From Ilumatobacteraceae bacterium (GTDB lineage Bacteria > Actinomycetota > Acidimicrobiia > Acidimicrobiales > Ilumatobacteraceae): 64,000 nt of DNA. Position 1 is the first letter of the stretch, and each line of letters begins with the position of its first letter. The translations under genes were made by a program, and so were the position numbers. Below are positions 26,333 through 40,236 of the stretch, piece after piece. Under the pieces are notes generated by a model. The model searched no databases and had not been told where the DNA came from. It worked only from the letters and a program-made list of their open reading frames with translations. Location of the stretch: positions 13,713 through 77,712 of the forward strand of contig JBIJCI010000001.1 in NCBI GenBank assembly GCA_044344715.1, read 5' to 3'.

Positions 26333-27436
26333 CTACCGTCCGGCCTCGGTTCGGCGCCAACGCAGGTAGCCCTCCATGAACTCGTCGAGGTCACCGTCGA
26401 GCACCGCCGTGACGTTACCCGACTCGACGTCGGTGCGCAGGTCCTTCACCATCTGGTAGGGCTGGAGCACGTACGAGCGGATCTGGGTTCCCCATCCGAC
26501 GGTTGCCTGCTTGCCGGCAATGCGGGCCAGCTCTGCTTCGCGCTCCTCCTCGATGCGCGTGGCGACCATCGTCTTCAGTTTCTTGTAGGCGTTCTCGCGG
26601 TTCTGCAGCTGACTGCGCTCCTGCTGCGACGCCGCAACCAATCCCGTGGGCCTGTGGATCAGCCGCACCGCCGACGATGTCTTGTTGACGTGCTGCCCGC
26701 CGGCACCCGATGCCCGGTACACCTCCATCTCGATGTCCGCGTCGTTGATCTCGACGTCGACTTCCTCGAGCACCGGCCACACCTGCACGGTGGCGAAGCT
26801 CGTCTGGCGTCGGCCCTGGTTGTCGAACGGACTGATACGTACGAGACGGTGCGTGCCGCGCTCGCTCGTGAGGAGTCCGTAGGCGAATCGACCGCGCACC
26901 GTGAAATCGGCGGAGAGGATGCCCGCCTCCGTTCCGTCGGACACGTCCCCCATCTCGACGGCGAAGTTGCGGCGCTCGGCCCAGCGGGTGAACATGCGCA
27001 GGAGCATCGCACTCCAGTCCTGCGCGTCGACACCACCGTCCTTTGCGTTGATCTGCACGATGGCGTCGGCTTCGTCGTGCTCACCGATGAAGAGACTCCG
27101 CAATTCGACCTCATCGAGGGCGGCGCGGGCACGGACGAGGCTCTGATCGATCTCCGGCTCCTGCGTGGAATCGTCGACCTCGCGGGCCATCTCGTGCAGT
27201 ACCTGTACGTCCTCCAGCGTTCGTGCGATGCGGTCGAATTCCTCGAGGTCGCCCTTCGCGCTTGCGTACTCGCTGTTCACGCGCTTGGCATGTTCCTGGT
27301 CGTTCCACAGGTCGGGCTTGGCGACCTCGATCTCGAGTTCGGCGAACCGCTTCCGCAATTCGTCAACCTTGAGGTAACCCTCCGCTTCCTTCAGCCTGCG
27401 CGCAACCTCGGCGATGTCGGTGGTGAAATCTCGCAT
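26333..27436 (-). CDS. prfB: Peptide chain release factor 2
   Basis: GGQ motif (SGAGGQHVNKTSSAVR), the SPF-containing region (ISPFD) and length. It is a single uninterrupted ORF with no +1 frameshift site. Confidence 0.93.
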   Translation of the reverse strand: MRDFTTDIAEVARRLKEAEGYLKVDELRKRFAELEIEVAKPDLWNDQEHAKRVNSEYASAKGDLEEFDRIARTLEDVQVLHEMAREVDDSTQEPEIDQSLVRARAALDEVELRSLFIGEHDEADAIVQINAKDGGVDAQDWSAMLLRMFTRWAERRNFAVEMGDVSDGTEAGILSADFTVRGRFAYGLLTSERGTHRLVRISPFDNQGRRQTSFATVQVWPVLEEVDVEINDADIEMEVYRASGAGGQHVNKTSSAVRLIHRPTGLVAASQQERSQLQNRENAYKKLKTMVATRIEEEREAELARIAGKQATVGWGTQIRSYVLQPYQMVKDLRTDVESGNVTAVLDGDLDEFMEGYLRWRRTEAGR

Positions 27437-27457
27437 CGTGCAGCGGCCGTCGCCGGC

Positions 27458-30205
<2,748 letters not shown>

Positions 30206-30213
30206 GAGCGAAT

Positions 30214-30867
30214 TCAGCCTACCCGTGGGCGGCCGGGCGCCTTGACGTGCGCCACCACCGCACACCGCACCTCGCGTGCGCCAGCCGCCCGGAGGGCATC
30301 GCACGCCTTCGTGAGTGTCGTTCCGGTCGTCATCACGTCGTCGATGAGCAGGACTCGTTTGCGGCGCACCGCTCCACCGCGCACCACGTAGCTGGGCCCC
30401 CGCTCGCGCACGATCCGTGGCGACCCGGTCTGCGTCCGGTCGTCGGTGCGCCGCAACGCACGCACGTATCGCACGCGCAACGAGCGTGCGGATGCGGCGG
30501 CGATGAGTGCCGACTGATCGTGGCCGCGTAGCCGGATTCGACGCGCGGTCGTCGGCGCCCACGTGACGATGTCGGGCGTCCACCCGACGAAATGTCGCCC
30601 GACGACCACTGCGATACGGCGTCCGAACGCCGTTGCGATCCACCGTCGATTGCGGAACTTCATCGCATGGACGACCTGCCGCAGTTCGGCGCGGTAGACA
30701 CCGAGCGACACCACGACGAACGGTGACGTCGAGACGACCGCACCCCCCGCCGTCTCCACGATCCGATCGATGTCACGACGGCTCGGGCGGGTATCGACCG
30801 GACCGCTACGTGTCGCGGAGTACGGTGGCTCGGTGGCTGGGGGTGGTTCATCGGTGTTGCCGCCCAT
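30214..30867 (-). CDS. ComF-family phosphoribosyltransferase-domain protein
   Basis: The C-terminal PRTase motif VLLIDDVMTTGTT and the ComF-like HAMKFRNRRWIA region. The start is uncertain, and no N-terminal CxxC zinc finger is visible. Confidence 0.65.
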   Translation of the reverse strand: MGGNTDEPPPATEPPYSATRSGPVDTRPSRRDIDRIVETAGGAVVSTSPFVVVSLGVYRAELRQVVHAMKFRNRRWIATAFGRRIAVVVGRHFVGWTPDIVTWAPTTARRIRLRGHDQSALIAAASARSLRVRYVRALRRTDDRTQTGSPRIVRERGPSYVVRGGAVRRKRVLLIDDVMTTGTTLTKACDALRAAGAREVRCAVVAHVKAPGRPRVG

Positions 30868-31450
30868 GTCGACCGACCGCCTCGTGCAACGCATCACCAG
30901 ATGTGTCATCGGACTTGCCCTCTTCGGCATCGGAATCTCGCTGATCATCGACGCGCGCATCGGCCTTCCACCGTGGGACGTCTTCCATCAGGGTGTCGCC
31001 GAACGTGTCGGTCGCAGCATCGGAACGGTCATCATCGCCACCGGTGCGGTGCTGATGCTGCTGTGGATCCCGTTACGTCAGAAGCCGGGAATCGGAACGG
31101 TCATGAACGCCATCGAAATCGGGTTGGTGGCGAACGTCGCGATCGCGCTGTTGCCGCAGCCGGACTCGATCTACCTCCGGGTGCCGATGATGCTGTCGGG
31201 AATCGTCGTAACGGCGATCGGTTCCGGGCTCTACATCGGGAGCGGGCTCGGCCCCGGGCCTCGCGATGGACTGATGACCGGTCTTGCGTCGCGCGGCGTA
31301 CCGCTGCGCATCGCGCGCACGGGCATCGAGGTGGTGGTCCTCGTAGTCGGCTGGCTGCTCGGCGGACAGGTGGGCATCGGCACCGTCGCCTTCGCGCTCC
31401 TCATCGGACCACTGGTCCAGATCTTCCTGCCACGATTGGCGATGCGGTAA
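30866..31450 (+). CDS. YczE/YitT-like integral membrane protein
   Basis: ATG at 30866 gives MSTDRLVQRITRCVIGLALFGIGISLII...GLPPWDVFHQG, a 5-6 TM protein resembling the YczE family. The family assignment is from memory only. Confidence 0.55.
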   Translation: MSTDRLVQRITRCVIGLALFGIGISLIIDARIGLPPWDVFHQGVAERVGRSIGTVIIATGAVLMLLWIPLRQKPGIGTVMNAIEIGLVANVAIALLPQPDSIYLRVPMMLSGIVVTAIGSGLYIGSGLGPGPRDGLMTGLASRGVPLRIARTGIEVVVLVVGWLLGGQVGIGTVAFALLIGPLVQIFLPRLAMR

Positions 31451-31492
31451 GCGCGCAACGCAACCCCCGATCGGGATCGGGTGTCGTGCGGA

Positions 31493-32947
<1,455 letters not shown>

Positions 32948-33052
32948 GGCTGACCCCGTTTCGGTGTTGCGTGACGATCATGGACGGCCCGGTGGGACCG
33001 TGTCGGACTGGGGCCTGCTGGCTCCGGTTCGGGTCAGCCGACGCGAACGACG

Positions 33053-33292
33053 CTACTCGGTGAACGTCGGTGCGATGTTGAGTGCCGAAATCTTGGCCAT
33101 GATCCGCCCGTGTTCGGCATCGTCCAGCGTGGTGGCTTCCTCGATGAGCATCACCGGGATGCCGTCACGAACGTCGTAGCGACGGCGAAGTCTCGGGTTG
33201 TAGAGAGCATCCTCGTCGGCCACGAAGTACAGGGCGCCCTTGTCCTGCGGACAGGCGAGGATGGCAAGGAGTCGGGCGTCGAGCGTGGTCAC
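33053..33292 (-). CDS. Trm112-family small protein
   Basis: 79 aa with LLAILACPQDKGAL...RRRYDVRDGIPVMLIEEA, the Trm112p/UPF0434 pattern (degenerate zinc-ribbon type). Confidence 0.8.
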   Translation of the reverse strand: MTTLDARLLAILACPQDKGALYFVADEDALYNPRLRRRYDVRDGIPVMLIEEATTLDDAEHGRIMAKISALNIAPTFTE

Positions 33293-33304
33293 TGCGTGGC
33301 CATC

Positions 33305-34648
33305 CTACGCAGTGATCAAATGCAGCAGTTCGGCGACCTGCGTGTCGCACTGTTCCCGCGTTGCCGCCTCGAGGTTCAGGCGCAGGAGCGGCTCGGTGTT
33401 CGACGCCCGAACGTTGAACCACCAGTCGCCGCAATCGACCGTCAGCCCGTCGAGGCGGTCCTGTGGGAATGCCGCGTACTTCTCGGCGACGCGCGCAATC
33501 ACCGATTCGATGTCCTTGACCTGCGTGTTGATCTCGCCACTGTTCGCATACCGCTCGACCGGCTCGCGAAGCTTCGACAGCGGCAACCCCGTGCGACCCA
33601 TCTCCTCCAACACGATGAGGGCCGCGATCAATCCGCTATCGGCACGGAAATTGTCGGCGAAGTAGTAGTGACCGCTGTGCTCCCCCGCGAAGACCGCACC
33701 GGTCTCGGCCATGATCCCCTTCATGTAGCTGTGGCCGTTCTTCGTGCGCTGACTCCGACCGCCACCCTCCTCGATGACCTCGCGTACGGCACGGGACGAG
33801 ATCAGGTTGTAGAGGATCATCGATCCGGGCTTGCGACGGAGGAAAACCTTGGCGAGGATCGCCGTCGTGGTACTGCCCGACATCGTCCGGCCGAGCTCGT
33901 CGACGAGGAACACGCGGTCGGCGTCACCATCGAAGGCGAGGCCGACATCGAACGTGCCCGCGAGTACGCGCGCCTGCAGGTCGCGCTGGTTGGCGGGTTG
34001 AATCGGATCCGCCGGGTGGTTCGGGAACGTGCCGTCGAGCTCGCCGTACATCACCTCCAGGTCGAACTGCGGAAGCCGGTCGAACACCGCGGGGACGACG
34101 AGTCCACCCATTCCGTTGGCGGTGTCGGCGACGACCTTCAACGGCCGCAGCAACGTCGGGTCGATGAAGGAGACGACGTGCGACACGAAGTCGGCGAGCA
34201 GGTTGCGCTTCGTCACCTTGCCGGCGTCCCCCTGCACGCTGCGACCGAGGAACGTCCGGGCGAGCTCGCGGATCTCGCGCAGCCCGCTGTCGATGCCGAT
34301 CGACCGTGCCCCGGCGGCACACATCTTGATGCCGTTGTACTGGGCCGGGTTGTGCGATGCGGTGAACATCGCACCGGGCACGTTCATGCTCCCGCTGGCA
34401 AAGTAGAGCAGGTCGGTGCTCGCCAGCCCGAGGTTCACCACGGACGCGCCACAGGACGTGACGCCTTCCTGGAATGCCTCGACGAGCGCCGGGCCGCTCG
34501 GTCGCATGTCGTGGGCGACCACGACCGTCGATGCCTGGTTGTACGTCGCGAACGCTGCGCCGAAGGCACGGGCCAACGACTCGTCGAGTTGATCGGGCAC
34601 CGTGCCACGGACGTCGTACGCCTTGACCACTGCATCGAGATTCGGCAT
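33305..34648 (-). CDS. manB: Phosphomannomutase/phosphoglucomutase
   Basis: Active-site TASHNP, the metal loop FDGDADR, the sugar loop GEHSGH and 447 aa in length. Confidence 0.9.
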   Translation of the reverse strand: MPNLDAVVKAYDVRGTVPDQLDESLARAFGAAFATYNQASTVVVAHDMRPSGPALVEAFQEGVTSCGASVVNLGLASTDLLYFASGSMNVPGAMFTASHNPAQYNGIKMCAAGARSIGIDSGLREIRELARTFLGRSVQGDAGKVTKRNLLADFVSHVVSFIDPTLLRPLKVVADTANGMGGLVVPAVFDRLPQFDLEVMYGELDGTFPNHPADPIQPANQRDLQARVLAGTFDVGLAFDGDADRVFLVDELGRTMSGSTTTAILAKVFLRRKPGSMILYNLISSRAVREVIEEGGGRSQRTKNGHSYMKGIMAETGAVFAGEHSGHYYFADNFRADSGLIAALIVLEEMGRTGLPLSKLREPVERYANSGEINTQVKDIESVIARVAEKYAAFPQDRLDGLTVDCGDWWFNVRASNTEPLLRLNLEAATREQCDTQVAELLHLITA

Positions 34649-34658
34649 TGCGGTCAGG

Positions 34659-37163
34659 CTAGTTGTCGGTTGCAGGGTTCCTCGCGTTTCGTCGGACCGC
34701 GAGGACCCGCAGTACCCAACGGACCATGATTGCGACGCCGATGAGCGACAGCACGTAGGCGACGACGTCGAGCGACGACCAACCGAAACTCAACTCGACG
34801 TCGTTCTTCGTCGGCACCACCACCATCATGTTCGGCGCCACGCGGAACGGCCCGAGGGCACCGTCGACCTTCCAGTTGGGGAAGTAGCTCATGCGCACGA
34901 GAATCGGCGTGCCGACGTTGTCGACGCTGAACGACAGGCTGCTTCGTTGTTGAACCACATTTGCGACACGTGCCGGCGCCGTGCGGACGATTTCGACCGG
35001 TTCGCCCGGCACGACGACATCGACGCGGCGGGACGTGTCGTCTGGTTCGCCGATACGGCGGTCGACGTCGATTCCCGCCCGTATCCGCCGCCACTCCGCG
35101 GGACCATCCGCGGCGGGCAGTGCGGGCCAGTCGACAGGACTCTGGAACCAGCTCGTTCCGAGTTCGAGCCATCGCTCCTTTGCATCGCCCGCCCGTGCCA
35201 TCTCCGACTCGTCGTCGACACGACCGGCGACGACGACCGGCTGAACGTCGAGGGGCACCACGAGGTCGCTCCCTTCAACCTGGTAGATGACCCACGGTCC
35301 GGAACGGGCGATCTCCGTCAGCTCCGGACGCTGAGACGCCTCCCCGACGGCCTCGGGCGTGAAGCCCATGAAATAGCGCACCCCCAGTTCCCGCAGGTAC
35401 CGCACCCCGATGTTCGCATCGTTGTCCGTGTACCGGAGTTCGCGGACCGGATTGCTGCTCTGCTTGGACATCGCCGCGACGGTGATGAAGTGGTACGGCG
35501 TGGTGCCGGAGGCCTCGAAGAAGAGGCCCTCCATGCTCCCGATACAGCCATCCGTCCAGTGCGGCAGCAACATCAGGGCCATCGTCGTGCCGTATTTGTT
35601 CAACTCGCCGCTGTTCTCCCACATGGCACGACCACATCCGTAGCGCGGATCCTGGCCGATTCCCTTCATCGTCTCGACGAGCGCCCGGTACTCGCCGTAC
35701 GCGTTCTTGCCCTCGTACCCGGTGAAGTTCCACCGCGCCCAGCCATCGACGAACCCGTCGTTCGAACGCGGGACGCTGAACGGGCCGATGCCGTAGCGCT
35801 CGCTCCCGTCCGCCTGCACACGAATGCCGGCGAAGGGCAGTTCCTGGAAGCGCGCAGCGATTACTCCGACACACGACAGCGTCACCACCACCGCCGTCAC
35901 GACGTTGAACGTTCCCCGCGTACGCGGCGAGGGAGGCAGCGAGACCGGCTGGCCGTCGTCTGGTGCGGCGAGTCGGGATGCCGCGAACTCCAGGCTCGCG
36001 AACCGGGCGACACGTACGGCGACCTCGTAGATGCCGACCATCATCAGCATGTAGCGCAGCAGGTAGAAGAACGGAAGGATGCGGGGGTTCCAGAGCAACC
36101 CGATGATCGGGAGGCTCTCGCGAGCCACGAAGACACCGACGGCCAACAGCACCCCGTAGATGCCCATCCATGCGCCGGCCACGTTGCGGCGCCACATTGC
36201 GGCGACGAACCCGACGAGTGCGAAGCCCGTTACGACCACGTCGAAGAACGTGTTCAGGGGGAAGAACATGCGGAGGAACGACTGCCCCGCTCCGGCCGGC
36301 TGCGGCTCGTACTTCATGTCGGTCATGAAGGCATGGTTGAGGACGAATGGCACCACCCAGAACGCCGACAACAACACCGCCGTGCCGATCACCGGCAGTC
36401 CGAACCTCCACTTCGCGGCTTCACGGTGCATCGCGAGGATGAGCAGGTACCCGGTGAACGCGAAGAGCAGCACGATGCCGTGACACAGCGCCGCGAGGGC
36501 GAGGAGCACCGACGACGCAACCCGTCCCGATGCTGTCTCCAGGCCGCGCATGAACACCCCGAAGCCGAAGATGGAGAACGCGAGCGCGATGGAGAACGAG
36601 AACTCCCCCGCCATCGTCGATGCGATATTGCCGCCGTAGATCGTGAAGCTCTCGTCGAAGAGGAATACGGTGCTCGCCACCGCGAGCAATTCAGGGATCG
36701 GGAAGGCCAGTCGGGCGAAGCGACCGAACAACCAGGAGCAGAACGGCAACGCCAGCAGCCCGAGGACCGCGACCACCTTCATCGCAATCCCGTAGGGAAG
36801 GACTACGTCGAGGGCCACGATGAACAGGGCGGGGACCACCATGTAGAAGCGGTAGATCGGGAGTCCGGCGTACCAGTCGTTGCTCCAGCCCGTGAGACGG
36901 AACGAGGTCAGCAGATGGTCGCGCAGGTAGGCGGGGCCGTACACGTGCGCGCCCATGTCGCCGCCGGTCGGCGTGTTGTTGCGGAAGATGAGGCTCGGCT
37001 GCACGGCGAGGAACACCATCAGGGTGGTAACGAACACGATGCCGACGGTGACGATGACCTGCGGGTTCCAGTTCGCAGGCAGACGATTCGGTGGGCGGGT
37101 GGTCGCGTGCTCCGGCAGACCTGCTGCGGAGTCGTCGTGGAGGACGTCGGGTGGGTTCGTCAT
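34659..37163 (-). CDS. Large polytopic membrane protein with a C-terminal soluble domain, possibly a GT-C-type glycosyltransferase (PTPS-related/YfhO-like); function unverified
   Basis: 834 aa. The N-terminal half has many TM segments and a GGDMGAHVYGPAYLRD...GWSNDWYAGLPIYRFY motif that I recall from PTPS-related membrane proteins. The C-terminal half of about 400 aa is hydrophilic. Confidence 0.55.
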   Translation of the reverse strand: MTNPPDVLHDDSAAGLPEHATTRPPNRLPANWNPQVIVTVGIVFVTTLMVFLAVQPSLIFRNNTPTGGDMGAHVYGPAYLRDHLLTSFRLTGWSNDWYAGLPIYRFYMVVPALFIVALDVVLPYGIAMKVVAVLGLLALPFCSWLFGRFARLAFPIPELLAVASTVFLFDESFTIYGGNIASTMAGEFSFSIALAFSIFGFGVFMRGLETASGRVASSVLLALAALCHGIVLLFAFTGYLLILAMHREAAKWRFGLPVIGTAVLLSAFWVVPFVLNHAFMTDMKYEPQPAGAGQSFLRMFFPLNTFFDVVVTGFALVGFVAAMWRRNVAGAWMGIYGVLLAVGVFVARESLPIIGLLWNPRILPFFYLLRYMLMMVGIYEVAVRVARFASLEFAASRLAAPDDGQPVSLPPSPRTRGTFNVVTAVVVTLSCVGVIAARFQELPFAGIRVQADGSERYGIGPFSVPRSNDGFVDGWARWNFTGYEGKNAYGEYRALVETMKGIGQDPRYGCGRAMWENSGELNKYGTTMALMLLPHWTDGCIGSMEGLFFEASGTTPYHFITVAAMSKQSSNPVRELRYTDNDANIGVRYLRELGVRYFMGFTPEAVGEASQRPELTEIARSGPWVIYQVEGSDLVVPLDVQPVVVAGRVDDESEMARAGDAKERWLELGTSWFQSPVDWPALPAADGPAEWRRIRAGIDVDRRIGEPDDTSRRVDVVVPGEPVEIVRTAPARVANVVQQRSSLSFSVDNVGTPILVRMSYFPNWKVDGALGPFRVAPNMMVVVPTKNDVELSFGWSSLDVVAYVLSLIGVAIMVRWVLRVLAVRRNARNPATDN

Positions 37164-37187
37164 GTGTCGCAGCGTCCGGGCCGGCGA

Positions 37188-37970
37188 CTAGCTCATGGCG
37201 AGGAACGCCAACCCGGTGGCATTGAACGCTAGGTGCGCCACGACCGGCATGCCAAGCCGCTTGGTCAGATGGAACGTCACGCCAAGCACCAGGGCGAAGC
37301 TCAGCAGACCGGGCAACTCCGCCAACCTCCCGTGTATGCCCGCGAACCACGTGGCGACGATCACGACGGCCACCACGTCGTTGAGTCGACTCCGCAAGCC
37401 CGACTGGAGGAACCCGCGGTACAACAGCTCCTCGACGAGGGGCGCCCCGACAACGACGACCATGCCGAGCACCACCAACCAGATGCCTCGTGCCGAATCG
37501 TAGAGCGAGCGGGCACGCTGCTCGACTTCCGCCGGGTCGAAGGTGTCGGGGAACCACTCGCGAAACGGCCAGGTGACGAGACCGACGAGCAACACCTGCG
37601 AGAGCACGCCGATCGGTACACCCCACAGGTCGACCGGCCGGAACCGAAGGCTGAGGTCGTCGCGGAAACGCCCGGTGCCTGCACGTCGGGAGAAGATGAG
37701 GAGGAGAGCGATCTGGGGCACCCACAGGCAGAGTGCCCCGACGAGGAGGAACCAACTCGGCCGTGATTCGACGTCGCCGGAGACGTCGAAGACGGCGACG
37801 AGTGCCGCCTGCAGCACCGTCGCCACCGCATAGGCCGCGATCCAGCCCCCGATCAGCCAGCCGAACGTGTAGCGCGGTCGCGACGTTGCCGCGTGCGGAA
37901 CCTCGTGGGCGAAGACGCGCTCACCGAAGGGTCGTTCGCCGAACGGTGGATCCCAACCCGGGCGCGACAC
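37188..37970 (-). CDS. CPBP-family intramembrane glutamic endopeptidase (CAAX protease-like)
   Basis: The three CPBP motifs are present: EELLYRGFL, FAGIH and HLAFN. Confidence 0.85.
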   Translation of the reverse strand: MSRPGWDPPFGERPFGERVFAHEVPHAATSRPRYTFGWLIGGWIAAYAVATVLQAALVAVFDVSGDVESRPSWFLLVGALCLWVPQIALLLIFSRRAGTGRFRDDLSLRFRPVDLWGVPIGVLSQVLLVGLVTWPFREWFPDTFDPAEVEQRARSLYDSARGIWLVVLGMVVVVGAPLVEELLYRGFLQSGLRSRLNDVVAVVIVATWFAGIHGRLAELPGLLSFALVLGVTFHLTKRLGMPVVAHLAFNATGLAFLAMS

Positions 37971-37975
37971 CGCGG

Positions 37976-38206
37976 TCAGCCAGCGAGCTGGCTCGGCAAC
38001 ACCACGCGGTAACGGTTACGACGATCCTCGAGTCGCCAACCGTTGGGTGAGACGAAACGCTGACCATGCCGCTCGCAGAGGTCGTAGGCATGCGGGTCGG
38101 CGACGTCGGAAAGATCGTCGATCCAGACCGTCGCCGTTGCGTATTGGTACGTGAGCGTCATCGTCGCGGTGTCACTGCAGCATGATCGCGAGCACCGACG
38201 ACGCAT
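37976..38206 (-). CDS. DUF3499 domain protein
   Basis: The internal ATG at 38206 gives MRRCSRSCCS...ATMTLTYQYATATVWIDDL...YDLCERH...PNGWRLEDRR. This is the pattern of the actinobacterial DUF3499 family, which lies near manB in Mycobacterium and Streptomyces. Confidence 0.75.
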   Translation of the reverse strand: MRRRCSRSCCSDTATMTLTYQYATATVWIDDLSDVADPHAYDLCERHGQRFVSPNGWRLEDRRNRYRVVLPSQLAG

Positions 38207-38277
38207 GTGACCAAGGTACCGATTCCCGCGGGAGCATCGGTGGATTCCCCAGCCGCGACCCGCCTTAGCATGACCGC

Positions 38278-40236
38278 ATGGCGAACCTCCCCCCACCTCC
38301 GCCTCCCCCGCCCTCATCCCCGTCGCGAAAGCCGAAGTTCTCGCGCGACAGGTTGCGCGGCTCCTCCGGTGACGGCGAGCGCCAGGGCATGCCGCGCTGG
38401 GTCGTGTGGGTGTTGGTCGGAGTTGCCATCGTGCTGCTGGTCGGGCCACGCCTGATTCCCGCCCCCGAACGGGCCCGCTACTCCTACACCGAGTTCCTCG
38501 ATCTCGTCGAGGGTGGCGAGGTTCGCCAGGTCACGATCAACAACCTGAACAACCAGATCACCGGAACCCTCGCCGACGGAAGCGAGTTCGTCACGACGGG
38601 TGCGATCACACTGTCGGATGCCGACGAGCAACTGCTGAAGACGAAGGGCGTCGACTACGACTACTCGACACCGCAGGGCAACTTCTTCACCAACCTCCTA
38701 CCGATCCTCCTGCCGTTCTTCCTGATCATGGGGTTCTTCATCTGGATGCAGCGCCGGGCGATGGGCCAGGCCGGCAACATCATGTCGATCGGGCGGAGTC
38801 GCGCCAAGCCGTACCAGGCCGACAAGCCGTCGACCACGTTCGCCGACATCGCCGGCTACGAGGGCGTGAAGCAGGAGATTCGCGAGGTCGTCGACTTCCT
38901 CAAGATGCCCGAGCGCTTCAAGGAAATCGGCGCACGCGTCCCCAAGGGCGTCCTGCTCGTCGGCCCCCCGGGCACCGGCAAGACGCTCTTCGCACGTGCG
39001 GTGGCCGGCGAGGCGGGCGTCGGGTTCCTCTCCGTCACCGGGTCGGACTTCATGGAGATGTTCGTCGGCGTCGGTGCCTCGCGGGTACGCGACCTCTTCC
39101 AGCAGGCCCGCAAGATGGGACGAGCGATCATCTTCGTCGACGAGATCGATTCGATCGGCCGGAAGCGAGGAGCGGGACTCGGTGGCGGGCACGATGAACG
39201 TGAGCAAACGCTCAACCAGATGCTCTCGGAAATGGACGGCTTCGAAACGTCCGAGGGAATCGTCGTCATGGCGGCCACCAACCGTCCCGACATCCTCGAT
39301 GCCGCCCTCCTGCGTCCGGGCCGATTCGACCGCCAGATCATCGTGCCGCTCCCCGAAGCCGAGGAACGTCTGGCGATCCTGAAGGTGCACTCGACAGGCA
39401 AGCGCATCGGCGCCGACGTCGATCTCGAGACGATGTCGAAGGCGACCCCCGGGATGAGCGGTGCCGATCTCGCGAACCTCGTCAACGAGGCCGCACTCAT
39501 CGCCGTCCGGCGTGGATCGACCCAGATCGAACGGATCGACTTCGAGAACGCCCGTGACCGCGTGGTGATGGGCGCCCGACGCGAGAGCCTGGCCCTGAGT
39601 GCCGAGGAGAAGCGGGCCGTCGCGTACCACGAGGGCGGTCACGCCGTGCTCTCGACCGTGCTGCCCAACAGCGACCCGCTCCACAAGGTGACGATCCTGC
39701 CCCGCGGTATGGCGCTCGGCGTCACGTGGAGCCTGCCCGAGGAGCGGCATACGTATTCACGCGAGTACTTCCTCGACATGATCTGCAAGGCGATGGGAGG
39801 GCGCGTAGCCGAGTCGATCGTGTTCGGCAGTCTCAACAGCGGCGCAGCGAACGACCTCGAACAGGCAACATCGATCGCCCGCCGGATGGTCCGCGAATGG
39901 GGCATGAGCGATCGAATCGGACCGATGGCATGGTCCGGACAACAGCAGGTCTTCCTCGGTGAGGACCTCATGACGTCGGGGCGCGAGTACAGCGACGAGA
40001 CCGCCAAACAGATCGACGAGGAGATCGCACGGATCCTCCGCGAGCAAGAAGAAAGGGCCCGCGCGACGCTGATGAAGCACCGCCGCGGTCTCGACTTGGT
40101 GGCAGATGCACTCCTCGAGCACGAGACGATCGACGGCGCCGCCGTGGCGCGGCTCATTCAGGAGGGCCTCGGCGCTCCGACGATCAAGGAACGCGCGCCG
40201 GAGAAGCCCGAGACGCCGACCGAGCAGACTCCCTAG
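38278..40236 (+). CDS. ftsH: ATP-dependent zinc metalloprotease FtsH
   Basis: Walker A GPPGTGKT, Walker [10 protein letters not shown], the SRH region and the zinc site HEGGHA. The N-terminus carries 8 consecutive Pro. Confidence 0.95.
   Translation: MANLPPPPPPPPSSPSRKPKFSRDRLRGSSGDGERQGMPRWVVWVLVGVAIVLLVGPRLIPAPERARYSYTEFLDLVEGGEVRQVTINNLNNQITGTLADGSEFVTTGAITLSDADEQLLKTKGVDYDYSTPQGNFFTNLLPILLPFFLIMGFFIWMQRRAMGQAGNIMSIGRSRAKPYQADKPSTTFADIAGYEGVKQEIREVVDFLKMPERFKEIGARVPKGVLLVGPPGTGKTLFARAVAGEAGVGFLSVTGSDFMEMFVGVGASRVRDLFQQARKMGRAIIFVDEIDSIGRKRGAGLGGGHDEREQTLNQMLSEMDGFETSEGIVVMAATNRPDILDAALLRPGRFDRQIIVPLPEAEERLAILKVHSTGKRIGADVDLETMSKATPGMSGADLANLVNEAALIAVRRGSTQIERIDFENARDRVVMGARRESLALSAEEKRAVAYHEGGHAVLSTVLPNSDPLHKVTILPRGMALGVTWSLPEERHTYSREYFLDMICKAMGGRVAESIVFGSLNSGAANDLEQATSIARRMVREWGMSDRIGPMAWSGQQQVFLGEDLMTSGREYSDETAKQIDEEIARILREQEERARATLMKHRRGLDLVADALLEHETIDGAAVARLIQEGLGAPTIKERAPEKPETPTEQTP

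Noticed and set aside
26333-27436. A programmed +1 frameshift site in prfB.
   Set aside because: The RF2 ORF is continuous from its ATG, with no early in-frame TGA or CUU-UGA-type site. This gene is of the non-frameshifting type, which is common in Actinobacteria.
30206-30643. A 146-codon N-terminal extension of the secA ORF. Similar extensions occur on gmd (48161..49075), mrpD, mrpC, mrpG, fcl, the GT4 genes and the SDR at 209..796.
   Set aside because: The extensions are Arg/Pro-rich, overlap neighbouring genes and precede internal starts that reproduce canonical N-termini and form ATGA/GTGA couplings. They come from the lack of stop codons in GC-rich sequence.
32948-33052. A canonical SAH riboswitch (Rfam SAH_riboswitch) upstream of ahcY.
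   Set aside because: The conserved sequence blocks I remember for that motif are not present. Only the generic long-range helix is reported, as a candidate structured leader.
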